Shown here piece by piece: positions 1-11,220 of a DNA stretch of 64,000 nt. Made by a program: the position numbers and the translations under genes. The notes under the pieces were generated by a model. The model searched no databases. It worked only from the letters and a program-made list of their open reading frames with translations, and had not been told where the DNA came from. The first letter of the stretch is position 1. Each line of letters starts with the position of its first letter. This stretch comes from an uncultured Gammaproteobacteria bacterium (GTDB lineage: Bacteria > Pseudomonadota > Gammaproteobacteria > Competibacterales > JAHEDQ01), in contig CAWAOU010000018.1 in the NCBI GenBank assembly GCA_963783675.1, positions 114,627 to 178,626 on the forward strand. The letters are read 5' to 3'.

Positions 1-1045
1 GATTCCATTCCGATTGCCAGGCACACCCTATCGCCGGCCCGTAGGTTTCCGTCAGACCGTAGACATGGGTGACATCGAAACCCATGCGTTCCATCCCCTC
101 GATAACAGCCGCCGGTGGCGCCGCTCCGGCTGTCATCACCCGAACCTGGTGGGATATACCGTGCTTGAGTTCATCGGCGGCGTTAACCAGAGTATTGAGC
201 ACAATCGGTGCACCGCAGAAGTGGGTGATGCCATGCGCGCGTATGGCGTCGAACACGGCGTCGGCGCGAACCTGCCGAAGCGATACGCTGGTGCCCGACA
301 TGGCGGCGATGGTCCAGGGAAAGCACCAGCCATTGCAATGAAACATAGGCAGGGTCCAGAGATAGACCGGATGCTGGGGCATGTTCCACACCAAGGCGTT
401 GGACACGGCGTTCAAGTAGGCGCCCCTATGATGATAAACCACACCCTTGGGGTTGCCGGTGGTACCGGAGGTGTAGTTGAGCGAGATGGCGTCCCATTCG
501 TCAGCGGGATTGGACCAGGCGAACTCCGGATCACCCTCCGCTATCAACTGCTCGTAGCTCAGCGCGCCGATCAGCTCACCGCCCTGGAACTGGGTATCGT
601 CGATGTCCACCACCGTCGGCCGGATCGGCATCATGGCCAGCGCACGCCCGATGACCGACGAGAATTCGCGATCGACAAACAGCCACTTGGCCTCCCCGTG
701 CTGGAGCATGAAGGCGATCGACTCGGCATCAAGTCGGGTGTTGATGGTGTTTAGCACGGCGCCGCTCATGGGCACCGCAAAATGCAGCTCGAACATCTCC
801 GGGAGATTGGGAGACACCACGGCCACGGTGTCTCCGGGTCGAACACCACGGGCGCGCAGGGCGCTGGCCAGTCGGCGACAGCGCCGATACGTTTCACCCC
901 AGCTGCGAGCAACCGACCCGTGCAGCGTGGCGGGGCGGTCCGGGTATACGGCGGCGCTGCGCTCAAGAAAGGTGAGCGGCGTCAGCGGTGTGTAGTTGGC
1001 TTGGTTGGCATCCAGCCCGTAGGCGTAGGGATTGTCCTGATTCAC
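1..1045 (-). CDS. Acyl-CoA synthetase / AMP-dependent ligase, 3' end cut by window edge
   Basis: Absent from the ORF track because it runs off the window. Manual reverse translation gives VNQDNPYAYGLDANQANYTPLTPLTFLERSA...DEWDAISLNYTSGTTGNPKGVVYHHRGAY...LWTLPMFHCNGW...THVYGLTETYGP (AMP-binding signature). GTG at 1045 is preceded by GAGGAGA. Confidence 0.8.
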   Translation of the reverse strand, partial: MNQDNPYAYGLDANQANYTPLTPLTFLERSAAVYPDRPATLHGSVARSWGETYRRCRRLASALRARGVRPGDTVAVVSPNLPEMFELHFAVPMSGAVLNTINTRLDAESIAFMLQHGEAKWLFVDREFSSVIGRALAMMPIRPTVVDIDDTQFQGGELIGALSYEQLIAEGDPEFAWSNPADEWDAISLNYTSGTTGNPKGVVYHHRGAYLNAVSNALVWNMPQHPVYLWTLPMFHCNGWCFPWTIAAMSGTSVSLRQVRADAVFDAIRAHGITHFCGAPIVLNTLVNAADELKHGISHQVRVMTAGAAPPAAVIEGMERMGFDVTHVYGLTETYGPAIGCAWQSEWN

Positions 1046-1155
1046 TCGTCTGGTCTCCTCGCATTACTCAAAGCAGCCCGGCCAGCGGCCCATCGCGACG
1101 CCATCGCGATATGCAGCCGGTATCGGCACACCATCGCGGTACGGATCTTGATCGA

Positions 1156-4100
1156 CTATGCCGGCGCGCCATCGGGACTCGATCCCCCTCCGAGGCCGCG
1201 GTCGGCTCCCTCCGGCAGGCTGCGCACATGCAGCACACGTTGGGGAAATGGAATCTCCACTCCGTTTTTGGCCAGGGTATCCCAGATACCGAACAACACT
1301 TCGGAGCGCAACTGCAGCAGGCTGTAACGGCTGGTGTCGCAAAAATACTGTACTCGGAAGTTCACCGAGCTATCGGCAAACTCATGTAAGAACACCGCTG
1401 GCCCCGGGTCATCGAGTATCTGGGAATGATGCTCCACCACCTCCTGAATCAGCCCTTTGACCGTATGCGGGTTGGCGTCGTAGCTGACCCCAAGATACAG
1501 CACGGTCCGCAGTACCGAGTTACTCCGGGTCCAGTTGGTGAAGCTGTTGGAGATCACGTCCGCGTTGGGAATGATAATCTCCTGATTGTCCCAGGTCTTG
1601 ACCGACAGCGAACGCATGCCGATTCGGGAAACTTGCCCTTCGCCTTCCCCGATCTGGACCCAATCCCCGGTGCGCAGGGGACGCTCCACCAGCAACAGGA
1701 TGCCGCTGACAAAGTTGTTGGCGATGTTTTGCATGCCAAATCCCAGTCCCACACCCAGGGCACCGGCAAAAACCGTAAAGGTGGTCAGATCCAGACCCAG
1801 CGAATTCAGCACCACCAACAGGCCGATCACAACGATGGCGTACTGGGTAAACACCGCCAAACTGTTGCGCACCCCGAGGTCGGATACCCGGGAGTACACC
1901 CACCGGTAGGTAATGGACTTCACCCAAGCGCTGAAGCGAACAATGAACCACAGACCCACTACACCCGCCACGATGTGCCAGGTGCTGATGCTCGATCCGC
2001 CCAGCTTGAAAAGGGGTATGGTCAGGACCTCCGACAGTCGGCCCTCGAACACTCGGAATTCCTCTGGACGATAGATCTCGAACACCGCGTAAACGGCAGT
2101 CAGGAGCAGGCCGAACTTTGCGACACTGTGCAGGGGGTTGATGACATCCTGGGTCCAGAGCAGACCGAAGCTCGTGCGGTTTAGCGCAAGGTTCTTGAGC
2201 CAGATGACGAAGTCTTCCAGGAGCCCCCGGGCGATCAGCCAAAGAATCATGACCAAAACGAACGACGCCAGTCCCATGCCGATACGCCAACCGATATCCA
2301 GATAACCGGCCAGACCGATCAGTGCCAACGCGCCCAGGGTGAGCACAGCAGCCAAACTGACAAAACGGGTAATGGTGAACCAATACCGCTGGCCATAGGC
2401 GTCCTCCAGCAGGCTCAGGATCAGTGCCCGCATCCTGAAGGCCGGCCAGACCGACAGCAGCAACACCAGCATCACCAGACGCTCCAGCACGTCCTCGGTG
2501 GCCGCCGGCAATCCGGCCAGTCCACCGGTAATGCTCAAGGTCCCGGTCACCCCGAGCAGCCAGAGAAACAGCGCGATCCAGAAGTAAAGCGTTTCGTCCT
2601 CGCTGGACGCCGGGGCCTGGGGACTGCGGAGCAACATCCAGGCGAGGTTGCGCACCGTTTCACCGATCAACACCGCCAGCGCAACGGTGATGATGATGCC
2701 GCGGCCCGGTTCCTTTACATCCGTGGCATATAGACTTGCCAACACAGCCGCGACGCAGGTTGCCACCGGCACGATACGGTACAGCAGGCTCACGGCCATG
2801 AGACTGACTTGATCGCTGAACCGATCACGGCGTTTACGCATCACCCGAAAGCCGCGCTGGGCACGATGGGCAATGCGCCTCAACCAGATGGCGGCAATCA
2901 GAAGAATCAGTACAAACAGGGCGAGCTTGAGCCAAAGATCGTAGCCCGCCGAGCGCATCGAACGGCCGGCGAACTGAAGGCTGAGCAAACCTTGATTCAT
3001 AAGTACACGGGGTGCATTGAGTACGGACAGTCCCAATGCCTGGAGCCCATCCAGCGTATTGGGAAAGGTTCTCCGTTCGAACAAACCCGTGCGCAGCGCA
3101 TCGTCGTAGCGTTCAATCAGCGCATCTTGCAATGTGGTGGCACGGCTCAGGGTGTCCAGGGCCTGGAGACGGCGGCCCTCCAACTGCTGAATCACCTCGG
3201 CAAACAGGCTGAGATCGCGCGCTCTTTGCGCTTCCGATCCCCCATCATCCCCGTCCAGCACGTTCAGGTGTTCTTTGCGACGTTGGAGAAGATCAATGCT
3301 GCGATTCAGGATATCTTCACCGGTGGTCAGTTCCGCGGTGAGTGTCTCCAGTTGGTCAAGCGCCCTGCGAATCTCATCTGATTGAGCCTCCTGAGCGTCG
3401 ATCAATCCGGTGTACCGGGTCAGACTGTCGTTGAACGCGAGCAAACGGGCATCGACCATGCCAATGGTCGCCTGGGCCTGGGCCAGGCGGATTCGAATGT
3501 CGAGCTGTATGCGTTCCTCGGAACTCAGATTCGGATCCCGCAAACGCTCGGTGAACCCCTCAACGTCGGTCAGGCGTTGATTGAACTCCGCCTCCAGACG
3601 TTCAATCGATTCGGTCTTCCCTTCGCTTCGCCGCCATTCATCACCGGCCAGACTGATTTGCGCGAGCCGGCCAATCCAGGACGTCAGCACCTGCACCCGA
3701 TCGTCGGTCACGTCGCGGTGTTCAGCCAGAATGGCGGCCTGCTCTCCGAGCCAGTCACGTTCGGCCTGAAGGCTGCTCAGCGATTCGCGAGTCTGCATCA
3801 ACAACAGTTCCCGGTTCGCACCCGGCGCCACGGGTGTGGCCGGATTCTCCAGCAATTGGCGTCGAGCGGTGAAGTCCTTGATTCTTGCCTCGACCTCCTG
3901 AATCTGACGCTCGGTGGTCTCCACGACAAACGCGAGCCCGTCGTAGGAAAGCTTGGCCGACTCGAGCTCGGCCCGAACCAACTCCAGCTCCTCATTTGTC
4001 GGCGGCCTGGTCGTAAGTTCCTCGGCGCGAGCCTGCGTGCTTCTGATCAGGGACTCCAACTGCGCCCTCGAGGTTTCCAAGGTTCGCCGTTCCGAGGCCA

Positions 4101-4239
4101 AGACGGATGCGCGTTGCTGTGGCAGGGTCAAACGGGGTGGAGCCTGGGCCCTCGTATGGTCCGGCGTCTGGGCCCATGCCGACACCGACAGGCAAAGATG
4201 TAGCAACACGAACAGCAACCCAAAGACGATTGGGTACAT
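1156..4239 (-). CDS. MscK/KefA-like mechanosensitive ion channel (MscS family, long periplasmic coiled-coil N-terminus)
   Basis: ORF 1156..4554. The C-terminus carries the MscS signature (GFGMQNIANNFVSGILLLVERPLRTGDWVQIG) after about 10 TM helices. Start is trimmed to the ATG at 4239, which yields signal peptide MYPIVFGLLFVLLHLCLSVSAWAQ. The longer ORF would overlap the upstream gene. Confidence 0.85.
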   Translation of the reverse strand: MYPIVFGLLFVLLHLCLSVSAWAQTPDHTRAQAPPRLTLPQQRASVLASERRTLETSRAQLESLIRSTQARAEELTTRPPTNEELELVRAELESAKLSYDGLAFVVETTERQIQEVEARIKDFTARRQLLENPATPVAPGANRELLLMQTRESLSSLQAERDWLGEQAAILAEHRDVTDDRVQVLTSWIGRLAQISLAGDEWRRSEGKTESIERLEAEFNQRLTDVEGFTERLRDPNLSSEERIQLDIRIRLAQAQATIGMVDARLLAFNDSLTRYTGLIDAQEAQSDEIRRALDQLETLTAELTTGEDILNRSIDLLQRRKEHLNVLDGDDGGSEAQRARDLSLFAEVIQQLEGRRLQALDTLSRATTLQDALIERYDDALRTGLFERRTFPNTLDGLQALGLSVLNAPRVLMNQGLLSLQFAGRSMRSAGYDLWLKLALFVLILLIAAIWLRRIAHRAQRGFRVMRKRRDRFSDQVSLMAVSLLYRIVPVATCVAAVLASLYATDVKEPGRGIIITVALAVLIGETVRNLAWMLLRSPQAPASSEDETLYFWIALFLWLLGVTGTLSITGGLAGLPAATEDVLERLVMLVLLLSVWPAFRMRALILSLLEDAYGQRYWFTITRFVSLAAVLTLGALALIGLAGYLDIGWRIGMGLASFVLVMILWLIARGLLEDFVIWLKNLALNRTSFGLLWTQDVINPLHSVAKFGLLLTAVYAVFEIYRPEEFRVFEGRLSEVLTIPLFKLGGSSISTWHIVAGVVGLWFIVRFSAWVKSITYRWVYSRVSDLGVRNSLAVFTQYAIVVIGLLVVLNSLGLDLTTFTVFAGALGVGLGFGMQNIANNFVSGILLLVERPLRTGDWVQIGEGEGQVSRIGMRSLSVKTWDNQEIIIPNADVISNSFTNWTRSNSVLRTVLYLGVSYDANPHTVKGLIQEVVEHHSQILDDPGPAVFLHEFADSSVNFRVQYFCDTSRYSLLQLRSEVLFGIWDTLAKNGVEIPFPQRVLHVRSLPEGADRGLGGGSSPDGAPA

Positions 4240-4417
4240 TCGACAGGCGGTTTCAGGGACCTCGCTCGCCGAGGGCGGGATCATGGGTGGAGCATTGCTA
4301 CGAGGATACATGGAGTCAATCGTGTACCACAGCAGACCCAAACTCTCCAGCCACCCATCCCAGGCGACCGCAGAGCCACGCAACCATGGGTCAGCCTGGC
4401 TGCTCGCCATTCCAGGC

Positions 4418-5146
4418 TCAACCAGACTCCGTTTCGTCCGCCAGTGGTGCCAGGATTCGATCCCCCTGGCTGCGCAGCCAGTTCCTGTGCAAGGCATACT
4501 CAGGCATATGCCTCGCCACCCGTGACCAGAATGCCGCACCGTGATTGCGTTCAAATAAATGACACAACTCGTGCAGCGTTACGTAGTCAAGCGCTTCCGG
4601 CGGCGCCATGACCAACCGCCAATTCAGATTCAGGTCGTCCCGTATGCCGCAGCTTCCCCAGCGGGTGCGCTGCGCACGCAGACGCACGCTGCGCGGCCAC
4701 CGACCGAGCTGCGCGGCGTAGCGGGCGACACTGTCCTCGATCGTCTCCCGTGCCCGCGCCCGCAACCATGCTTCCAGCAGACGGGCCGGCGTACGCCGAG
4801 TGGAGGCCAGGGGCACGGTGAGTAACGCTTCGCTCAGGGTTGGCGTGCCGCGCTGATCCGGCGCGAGTCGCAAGGTCACCGGGTTACCCCGGTACAGCAG
4901 CTGGCTACCGCTACACACCCGTATAACGTCGTCAGCCATGCCGGCCCGCTTGTGCAACTCATCCTGCTTTTGAAAAATCCAGCCAGCGCGACCTGTCAGC
5001 CAAGCCCGCGCCCGATCCGGATCGGCGCCTTTCGGCACAACCAGCTCGGTACCGCCGGAACCGACGACGATACTGACACGCCGGGCACGGGCGCTGACCC
5101 GAATCCGATACTCGATGGATTTCCCGTCAAATTCCAATGTCGGCAT
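4418..5146 (-). CDS. YgjP-like (DUF45 / M48-type) metal-dependent hydrolase
   Basis: 242 aa. Zinc motif HELCHLFERNHGAAFW near the C-terminus is typical of the YgjP/SprT-like family. Confidence 0.75.
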   Translation of the reverse strand: MPTLEFDGKSIEYRIRVSARARRVSIVVGSGGTELVVPKGADPDRARAWLTGRAGWIFQKQDELHKRAGMADDVIRVCSGSQLLYRGNPVTLRLAPDQRGTPTLSEALLTVPLASTRRTPARLLEAWLRARARETIEDSVARYAAQLGRWPRSVRLRAQRTRWGSCGIRDDLNLNWRLVMAPPEALDYVTLHELCHLFERNHGAAFWSRVARHMPEYALHRNWLRSQGDRILAPLADETESG

Positions 5147-5224
5147 GCGCGGAGCACGGGTTTGAGTTTGAGAGCACTCGGAACAGGCCCTTGGGATCGA
5201 CCCAGATACGCGCCGCCACAGCGC

Positions 5225-8200
5225 CTATCCCAACTGGGCGCGCGCATTTCGGAACATGCGCATCCAGGGACTCTCCTCGTCCCAATCGTCCGGGTGCCAG
5301 GATAACTGTCGGGTGAGAAACACGCGTTCCGGATGCGGCATCATGGCGGTGACGCGTCCATCCAGCGTGGTGAAACCGGTGGCCCCGTCAGGGGATCCGT
5401 TGGGATTGAGGGGATAGCGTTCAGTGGCCTCGCCGTAGTGATCCACGTAGCGCAGGCATACCTGGCCGGTCTGGTGCAGTCGATCCGAATCGCCGGCATG
5501 GGCGTAGCTGGCCCGTCCTTCACCATGGGCGACAGCAACCGGTAGACGTGAACCGGCCAGCCCGGCGAGGAACAGGGATGGAGACGGCAACACTTCAACC
5601 AGGGTCAAGCGCGCCTCGAACTGCTCCGAACGATTGCGCAGGAAGCGCGGCCAATCCTCCGCGCCGCTGATCAGACTGCCCAATTCGGCCAACATCTGGC
5701 AGCCGTTGCATACACCCAAGGTGAAGCTGTCGGGGCGATCGAAGAAGGCCTGGAACTGCTCCCGCGTTCTGGCGTTGAACAGGATGGACTTGGCCCATCC
5801 ACCCCCAGCACCCAACACGTCGCCGTAAGAGAAACCCCCACAGGCCACCAAGCCCTGATAAGCGGACAGGTCAGCCCGTCCTTGCAGGATATCGCTCATA
5901 TGCACATCAACCGCGTCGAAACCGGCACGCTCGAAGGCAGCCGCCATCTCGATCTGGCCGTTGACGCCTTGTTCGCGCAGAATCGCGACCCGAGGTCGCA
6001 CTTGGGAGACGGTCGGCGCTGACGCCATGGGCGCCTGAACGATGGCGTTCAAGCCCGGGTCATGGGCGTCCAGCAAGCCATCATACTCTTCGAGTGCGCA
6101 TTCGGGGTTGTCGCGCAGAGTCTGCATGCGGTAGCTGGTTTCGCTCCAGATTCGATGCAGCTCCACCCGAGCCGCCTCCAGCAGCGGCACGCCCCCATGG
6201 CGAATCTCAATGATCCCACTGGCATCTATGCCCCCCACTGCGTGCGTGCAATCGTGCAGCCCGTGTTCTGCGACAATGCGCAGCACCGCCGGAAGGTCCT
6301 CAACCCGGACCTGGATCACGGCGCCCAGTTCCTCGGCGAACAATGTCGCCATCGGGTCCGAACCCAGAGCGGCGAGATCAACCCTCAAGCCGGTGCGGCC
6401 GGCGAAACACATCTCGCAAAGCGTCGCAAGCAGCCCCCCGTCCGAACGATCATGGTAAGCGAGCAGCAGCCCGCTTCCATTGAGACGCTGAATGGCGGAG
6501 AAAAAGCCCTTGAGGTCATCGGCCGAGTCCACATCGGGTGGGACACCGCCGACCTGCCCGTACACCTGAGCCAGGGCAGAGCCACCGAGACGATTCTGTC
6601 CACGACCCAGATCGATGGCCAGCAACAGGCTCTCACCCCGATCGGCTTGAAGCTGGGGGGTCAGGGTGGAGCGCACGTCGATGACCGGTGCGAACGCGGT
6701 CACCACCAGAGACAGGGGCGAAACCACGGAGTGCTGGACCGCTCCCTCCCCCCACACGGTCTTCATAGACAGAGAATCCTTGCCCACCGGAATGGCGATC
6801 CCAAGGGCCGGGCACAATTCCATCGCCACCGCCTGAACCGTGTCGAACAATCGCGCGTCCTCGCCCACGTGCCCGGCAGCCGCCATCCAGTTGGCCGAGA
6901 GGCGCACATCCGCCATGCGACGAATTCGGGCTGCCGCGATATTGGTGATGGCTTCGGCGATGGCCATGCGGCCCGAGGCGGGCGCATCGACCACCGCGAT
7001 GGGCGCGCGTTCGCCCATGGCCATGGCCTCTCCCGCGTTGCTGTCAAACGAGGCGAACGTCACCGCCAAGTCGGCGCAGGGCACCTGCCAGGGACCCACC
7101 ATCTGGTCCCTGGCCACCAGACCGGTGATGGTTCGATCCCCGATGGTGATGAGAAAGGTCTTGTCTGCGACCGCTGGCAACCTGAGCACACGCGACGCCG
7201 ATTCACGTACGTCCAGAGCATGGGTATCGAACGGCTCGATTTCGATCTCCACATGCCGCACGTCCCGCCGCATCTTGGGCGGGTTACCCAGCAGCAGCGC
7301 CATCGGCATATCCACCGGATCCCGTTCCGATTCCGCGTCCCTCACCCGCAGTCGCGACGCACCCGTGACCAGGCCGAGGACCGCGTAGGGGGCCCGCTCC
7401 CGCTCGCACAATGCCCGGAAGCGTTCCAGACTGCGGGCGCCGATGGCCAGCACATAGCGCTCCTGGGACTCATTGCACCAAATCTCCCGGGGCGACATAC
7501 CCGGGTCCGCGCAGGGAATCTGCCGAAGATCGAAATTCCCGCCGCGTCCGGCATTCTCGACGATTTCCGGGACGGCATTGGACAGTCCTCCGGCGCCCAC
7601 GTCGTGGACCGACAGAATCGGGTTGTCAGATCCCATGGCCCAGCACCGGTCAAGCACCTCCTGACAGCGCCGCTCCATTTCCGGGTTGTCTCGCTGAACC
7701 GAGGCGAAGTCGAGTCCGGCATCGCTCTCGCCGGAACTGACCGAAGAAGCGGCGCCACCGCCCAAGCCGATCAACATGGCCGGACCGCCCAGCACCACGA
7801 TCGGTGTACCGGCGGGCAGGTCCAGCTTGTCCACGTGCCCTTCACGGACATTGCCCAGGCCACCGGCAATCATGATGGGTTTGTGATAGCCCCGCAGCTC
7901 CTGGCCACGGGGGCCCGGCACCATTTGCTCGAAGGTGCGGAAATATCCAGCGAGATTGGGCCGCCCGAACTCATTGCAGAAACCGGAGGCACCCAACGGG
8001 CCTTCCAGCATGATCTCCAGAGCGGACGCAATCCGCAGCGGCTTGCCGTAGTCAATCTCCCAGGGTTGCTCAAACCCGGGGATGCGCAGATTGGACACCG
8101 AAAAACCACTCAGACCCGCCTTGGGCTTACCCCCGCGTCCGGTGGCACCCTCGTCGCGGATTTCGCCACCGGACCCGGTCGAGGCCCCCGCATAGGGCGC

Positions 8201-9115
8201 GATGGCGGTGGGGTGGTTGTGGGTCTCGACTTTCATGAGAATGTGCACCGGCTCCGTTTCGTACCCGTACAACCCCGTGTCGGGATTCGGGAAAAAACGC
8301 CCGGCGCTGCTGCCGGTTATGACCGACGCATTGTCCCGGTAGGCGGACAAAACTCCCTCCGGGTTGCTGGCATGCGTATGGCGGATCATATCGAACAGGG
8401 ATCGACCCTGACCTTGACCATCCAGTGTCCATTCAGCGTTGAAAATCTTGTGGCGACAATGCTCCGAGTTGGCCTGTGCGAACATCATCAGTTCCACATC
8501 CGTCGGATTGCGCTCCAACGCCGTGAAGCCGTCGACAAGATAAGCAATCTCGTCCGTGGACAGGGCAAGCCCGAGCGCCCGGTTTGCTTCGAGCAGCGCC
8601 TCTGCACCGTCAGCGAGCACATCCACGCTGGCCAGGGGTGCGGGTGGGCGGTGGTCAAACAACTCGGCGGGGTCGTGCTCAGGCCCGAACACGGTCTCGG
8701 TCATGCGATCATGGAACAGTTCATGCGCCAGCGCTGATGCCTCGAAACTCAGGCTCTGCCCACCCGAGTCAAGCAGATACCACGCAGTCCCGCGTTCAAC
8801 CCGCTCGACGTTTCCAAGGCCACAGTTATGGAGGATGTCGGTGGCCTTTGAGGACCACGGCGACACAGTGCCGGGTCGCGGCAGCACCAGAAACGATTCA
8901 ACGCCATGCTGCGGCGCAGGTCTACCGTCACCGTATTCCAGGACCCGATCCAGGCGCTCCCGCTCATGGCTGTTCAGTGCAGCGCCATTCAGGGCCACAA
9001 AATGAGCGAACTCGGCCTGCACCGCGACGGCTACCGGCAACAGGCGGCGCACCGCATCGAGTTTTTTGGCGAGGCGAAAAGGGGATTGGGCAGGGTTGCC
9101 GCGCAAACGTAGCAT
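5225..9115 (-). CDS. purL: Phosphoribosylformylglycinamidine synthase, single-chain large form
   Basis: About 1296 aa. N-terminus [19 protein letters not shown], a central AIR-synthase-like repeat, and a C-terminal glutaminase domain (GVCNGCQM...HPE). Start is trimmed from 9190 to the ATG at 9115 to match the canonical PurL N-terminus. Confidence 0.95.
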   Translation of the reverse strand: MLRLRGNPAQSPFRLAKKLDAVRRLLPVAVAVQAEFAHFVALNGAALNSHERERLDRVLEYGDGRPAPQHGVESFLVLPRPGTVSPWSSKATDILHNCGLGNVERVERGTAWYLLDSGGQSLSFEASALAHELFHDRMTETVFGPEHDPAELFDHRPPAPLASVDVLADGAEALLEANRALGLALSTDEIAYLVDGFTALERNPTDVELMMFAQANSEHCRHKIFNAEWTLDGQGQGRSLFDMIRHTHASNPEGVLSAYRDNASVITGSSAGRFFPNPDTGLYGYETEPVHILMKVETHNHPTAIAPYAGASTGSGGEIRDEGATGRGGKPKAGLSGFSVSNLRIPGFEQPWEIDYGKPLRIASALEIMLEGPLGASGFCNEFGRPNLAGYFRTFEQMVPGPRGQELRGYHKPIMIAGGLGNVREGHVDKLDLPAGTPIVVLGGPAMLIGLGGGAASSVSSGESDAGLDFASVQRDNPEMERRCQEVLDRCWAMGSDNPILSVHDVGAGGLSNAVPEIVENAGRGGNFDLRQIPCADPGMSPREIWCNESQERYVLAIGARSLERFRALCERERAPYAVLGLVTGASRLRVRDAESERDPVDMPMALLLGNPPKMRRDVRHVEIEIEPFDTHALDVRESASRVLRLPAVADKTFLITIGDRTITGLVARDQMVGPWQVPCADLAVTFASFDSNAGEAMAMGERAPIAVVDAPASGRMAIAEAITNIAAARIRRMADVRLSANWMAAAGHVGEDARLFDTVQAVAMELCPALGIAIPVGKDSLSMKTVWGEGAVQHSVVSPLSLVVTAFAPVIDVRSTLTPQLQADRGESLLLAIDLGRGQNRLGGSALAQVYGQVGGVPPDVDSADDLKGFFSAIQRLNGSGLLLAYHDRSDGGLLATLCEMCFAGRTGLRVDLAALGSDPMATLFAEELGAVIQVRVEDLPAVLRIVAEHGLHDCTHAVGGIDASGIIEIRHGGVPLLEAARVELHRIWSETSYRMQTLRDNPECALEEYDGLLDAHDPGLNAIVQAPMASAPTVSQVRPRVAILREQGVNGQIEMAAAFERAGFDAVDVHMSDILQGRADLSAYQGLVACGGFSYGDVLGAGGGWAKSILFNARTREQFQAFFDRPDSFTLGVCNGCQMLAELGSLISGAEDWPRFLRNRSEQFEARLTLVEVLPSPSLFLAGLAGSRLPVAVAHGEGRASYAHAGDSDRLHQTGQVCLRYVDHYGEATERYPLNPNGSPDGATGFTTLDGRVTAMMPHPERVFLTRQLSWHPDDWDEESPWMRMFRNARAQLG

Positions 9116-9204
9116 CAGGCCTAGGGCTCCGGAACGGCCGGCGGATTCGGAAACGGCGTCATCATACCGGAAGCCATCGGCCGGTGACACTCACGGTCAT
9201 GGAC

Positions 9205-9981
9205 TCAATAGACCTCGCGCCAGTCCAGCCCCGATTCCTGGTCGGCCAGGCCTATCCATTGGGGTTCGCAGCTCAGAGCATCCGCCACACAGGCGCGAGC
9301 CAACTCGCCGGTATTGTTCTGCTCACTGAGATGGCCGATCACCAAATGCTGCAGACGCGAGCACTCTGCGCGCCGAATCAGGTCCGCGGCCTGTTCGTTG
9401 TTCAGGTGCCCGTAATCGCTGCCGACCCGCTGCTTGAGGGCAGCGTGATAAGGCCCGTCCGCCAGCATAGTCCGGTCATGATTGCTTTCCAGAAACAGGG
9501 CGTCGCACCCGCTCAACTCGGCTACGACATGGGGGGTGATGTGGCCGGTGTCGGTCAGCATGCCCAGGCGGCGCGCACCGCTGTTGAAATGGAACTGGAC
9601 CGGTTCCCGAGCGTCGTGGGGCACGGCGAACGCAGTCACCTCCAAATCATGGATGGCAAAACGATCCCCGGGCCGGATATAACGTACCTGGCGACCTTCA
9701 TCCAGGGGTTGGACCGAACAGGTGCCGTGGGTTGCGTAAACGGGTATCCCACAACGCGCCGCCAAACGGGCCACGCCCGCCACGTGATCGCTGTGTTCAT
9801 GGGTGACGAGAATGGCAGTCAATGCGTCTGTTTCCACGCCGAGTCGCAACAGCCGTCGCTGGGCCTCGCGCACCGAAAAACCGCAATCGACCATCACAAC
9901 GGTTCCGCCGGATGCGACCAGGGTTGCGTTTCCACGGCTGCCACTGCCCAGGGAAGCGAATTTGAGGCGACTCATTGGCAC
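9205..9981 (-). CDS. MBL-fold metallo-hydrolase
   Basis: 258 aa with the HxHxDH motif (VTHEHSDHVAG). Confidence 0.8.
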   Translation of the reverse strand: MPMSRLKFASLGSGSRGNATLVASGGTVVMVDCGFSVREAQRRLLRLGVETDALTAILVTHEHSDHVAGVARLAARCGIPVYATHGTCSVQPLDEGRQVRYIRPGDRFAIHDLEVTAFAVPHDAREPVQFHFNSGARRLGMLTDTGHITPHVVAELSGCDALFLESNHDRTMLADGPYHAALKQRVGSDYGHLNNEQAADLIRRAECSRLQHLVIGHLSEQNNTGELARACVADALSCEPQWIGLADQESGLDWREVY

Positions 9982-10069
9982 TCGCGGCTGTCGCTGCCCC
10001 AGCGAATTGCACTTGTTGCCTCTCGCTTGAGGGCAGCCGGCCGGCCGGCACCCATCGGTCCGGCCCAGG

Positions 10070-11206
10070 CTATTTGAGCTGACCCAGGAGGGCCGTGAGG
10101 ATGTCGCGGGCGGTCTCGGACTGACTTGCGTCTCCGTCTTCGTCGTAGATCGTCACGCTGGTTTTGAGTCGATCAAGCGCGACCATTCGGACCTCGTAGG
10201 GATTGGTGTCCGGACCGCTTCTCCAAAACGCCAGTCCGGCGAACAGGCCATCCGAATTCTGGCTTGCGGCGGGATCTCGATACTGCACCAGGTAGGTGCC
10301 CCGGGTAACGTCGCTCTCTTCCACCACATAGTTGGATCCGTCCAGAGCCAGGCCCACCAGGCGCCAGGTGCGCGGCAATGAGTCCTCGACCAGCAGATAG
10401 GGATGGCCGTCGACGGCACTGCGTATTTCTGCTCGCTGACCGGCCTCGCCCTGCCGATCCGCCAGCATGGTCTGTGCGCGCTCCTCGGAAATGCCCATAA
10501 ACACCATCAGGCGGCTCAACATCGCCGCTTCCAGCTCCGGGTCGCGGGGCCGGTCTTCCCAGACCACGTCGTACTCGCCCTGCTGGACCTCATAAACGCC
10601 ATAGTGGGTCAGATAGACTTCCGTGGAGGGGCTGTCCAGGGACTCCTCGATTCTGATGCGGAACTTGTCTCGGGTGGGGGCGGAATACAGGAAACCCAGA
10701 GCACCGCCGATCAGATTCCGAACCGGCCCTGCGGGAATATCCGCCCGATTTTCCGCCCATTCGGTCTCCATTACGCCTATGCGGGGATCATCGACCGCCA
10801 GCGCAAAGCCGTTGTCCTCCCAGAACCGCTTGAGCATCTTCCACACCTCGTCGGGTTGCGCATCGACTTCAAGCCAACGGGCCTGGCCATCCCTGCGAAT
10901 CCGCGCATTGTCCGGTTGCGCCAACAAGCTGTCGCTGTTCTGAATCGATCCTGCGTTGCGCTCCCCGGAGTAGTCGGAAAACGTCGCCGTACCGGCCGGA
11001 CCGAGTTCTGGCACGACCAAGGTGTCGTCTATGGTGGACGAGGTGAGATCCGGCGGAATCTCGAGTACATTCAGCGGGATGGTCGTCTTATAGTCCGGTT
11101 GTGCGCTGGGCAGCGCGTTCTGGAGCGACCCACAGGCCGCCACAGACACGCCCAGCGCAACCATCATCAAACTGCGGACGAGCCCCGCTGTGCGGTTCAT
11201 AATCAT
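10070..11206 (-). CDS. bamC: Outer membrane protein assembly factor BamC (lipoprotein)
   Basis: Lipobox VAACGS. Blocks alignable to E. coli BamC (LEIPPDL; EVWKMLKRFWEDNGF; TWRLVGLALDGSNYVV). Sits immediately downstream of dapA, as in E. coli. Confidence 0.75.
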   Translation of the reverse strand: MIMNRTAGLVRSLMMVALGVSVAACGSLQNALPSAQPDYKTTIPLNVLEIPPDLTSSTIDDTLVVPELGPAGTATFSDYSGERNAGSIQNSDSLLAQPDNARIRRDGQARWLEVDAQPDEVWKMLKRFWEDNGFALAVDDPRIGVMETEWAENRADIPAGPVRNLIGGALGFLYSAPTRDKFRIRIEESLDSPSTEVYLTHYGVYEVQQGEYDVVWEDRPRDPELEAAMLSRLMVFMGISEERAQTMLADRQGEAGQRAEIRSAVDGHPYLLVEDSLPRTWRLVGLALDGSNYVVEESDVTRGTYLVQYRDPAASQNSDGLFAGLAFWRSGPDTNPYEVRMVALDRLKTSVTIYDEDGDASQSETARDILTALLGQLK

Positions 11207-11220
11207 ACGTGCCGTGTGCC

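Noticed and set aside
4240-4554. N-terminal extensions of the longest ORFs (mscK-like to 4554, purL to 9190, dapA to 12156, HDAC-like to 30179, lipT-like to 37837, lbpA2 to 40718, soxX from 50635, soxY from 51036, DUF1326 from 63281)
   Set aside because: The extensions lack homology, overlap upstream genes or promoters, and internal starts give canonical N-termini, signal peptides or good Shine-Dalgarno spacing. Coordinates were trimmed accordingly, so the starts remain estimates.
6062-8737. 891-aa plus-strand ORF, and many other long ORFs antisense to real genes (for example 8584..10077, 10403..11425, 24322..25698, 27952..29019, 28920..30050, 30586..31380, 38745..40079, 45391..46236, 50714..51487, 59732..60733)
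   Set aside because: They lie opposite genes with unambiguous homology (purL, bamC, the RND pump, AKR, HDAC, iclR, radical SAM, hdrB1, soxXY, AKR). Their translations are Arg/Gly/Pro/His-rich low-complexity sequence typical of shadow ORFs in GC-rich DNA.
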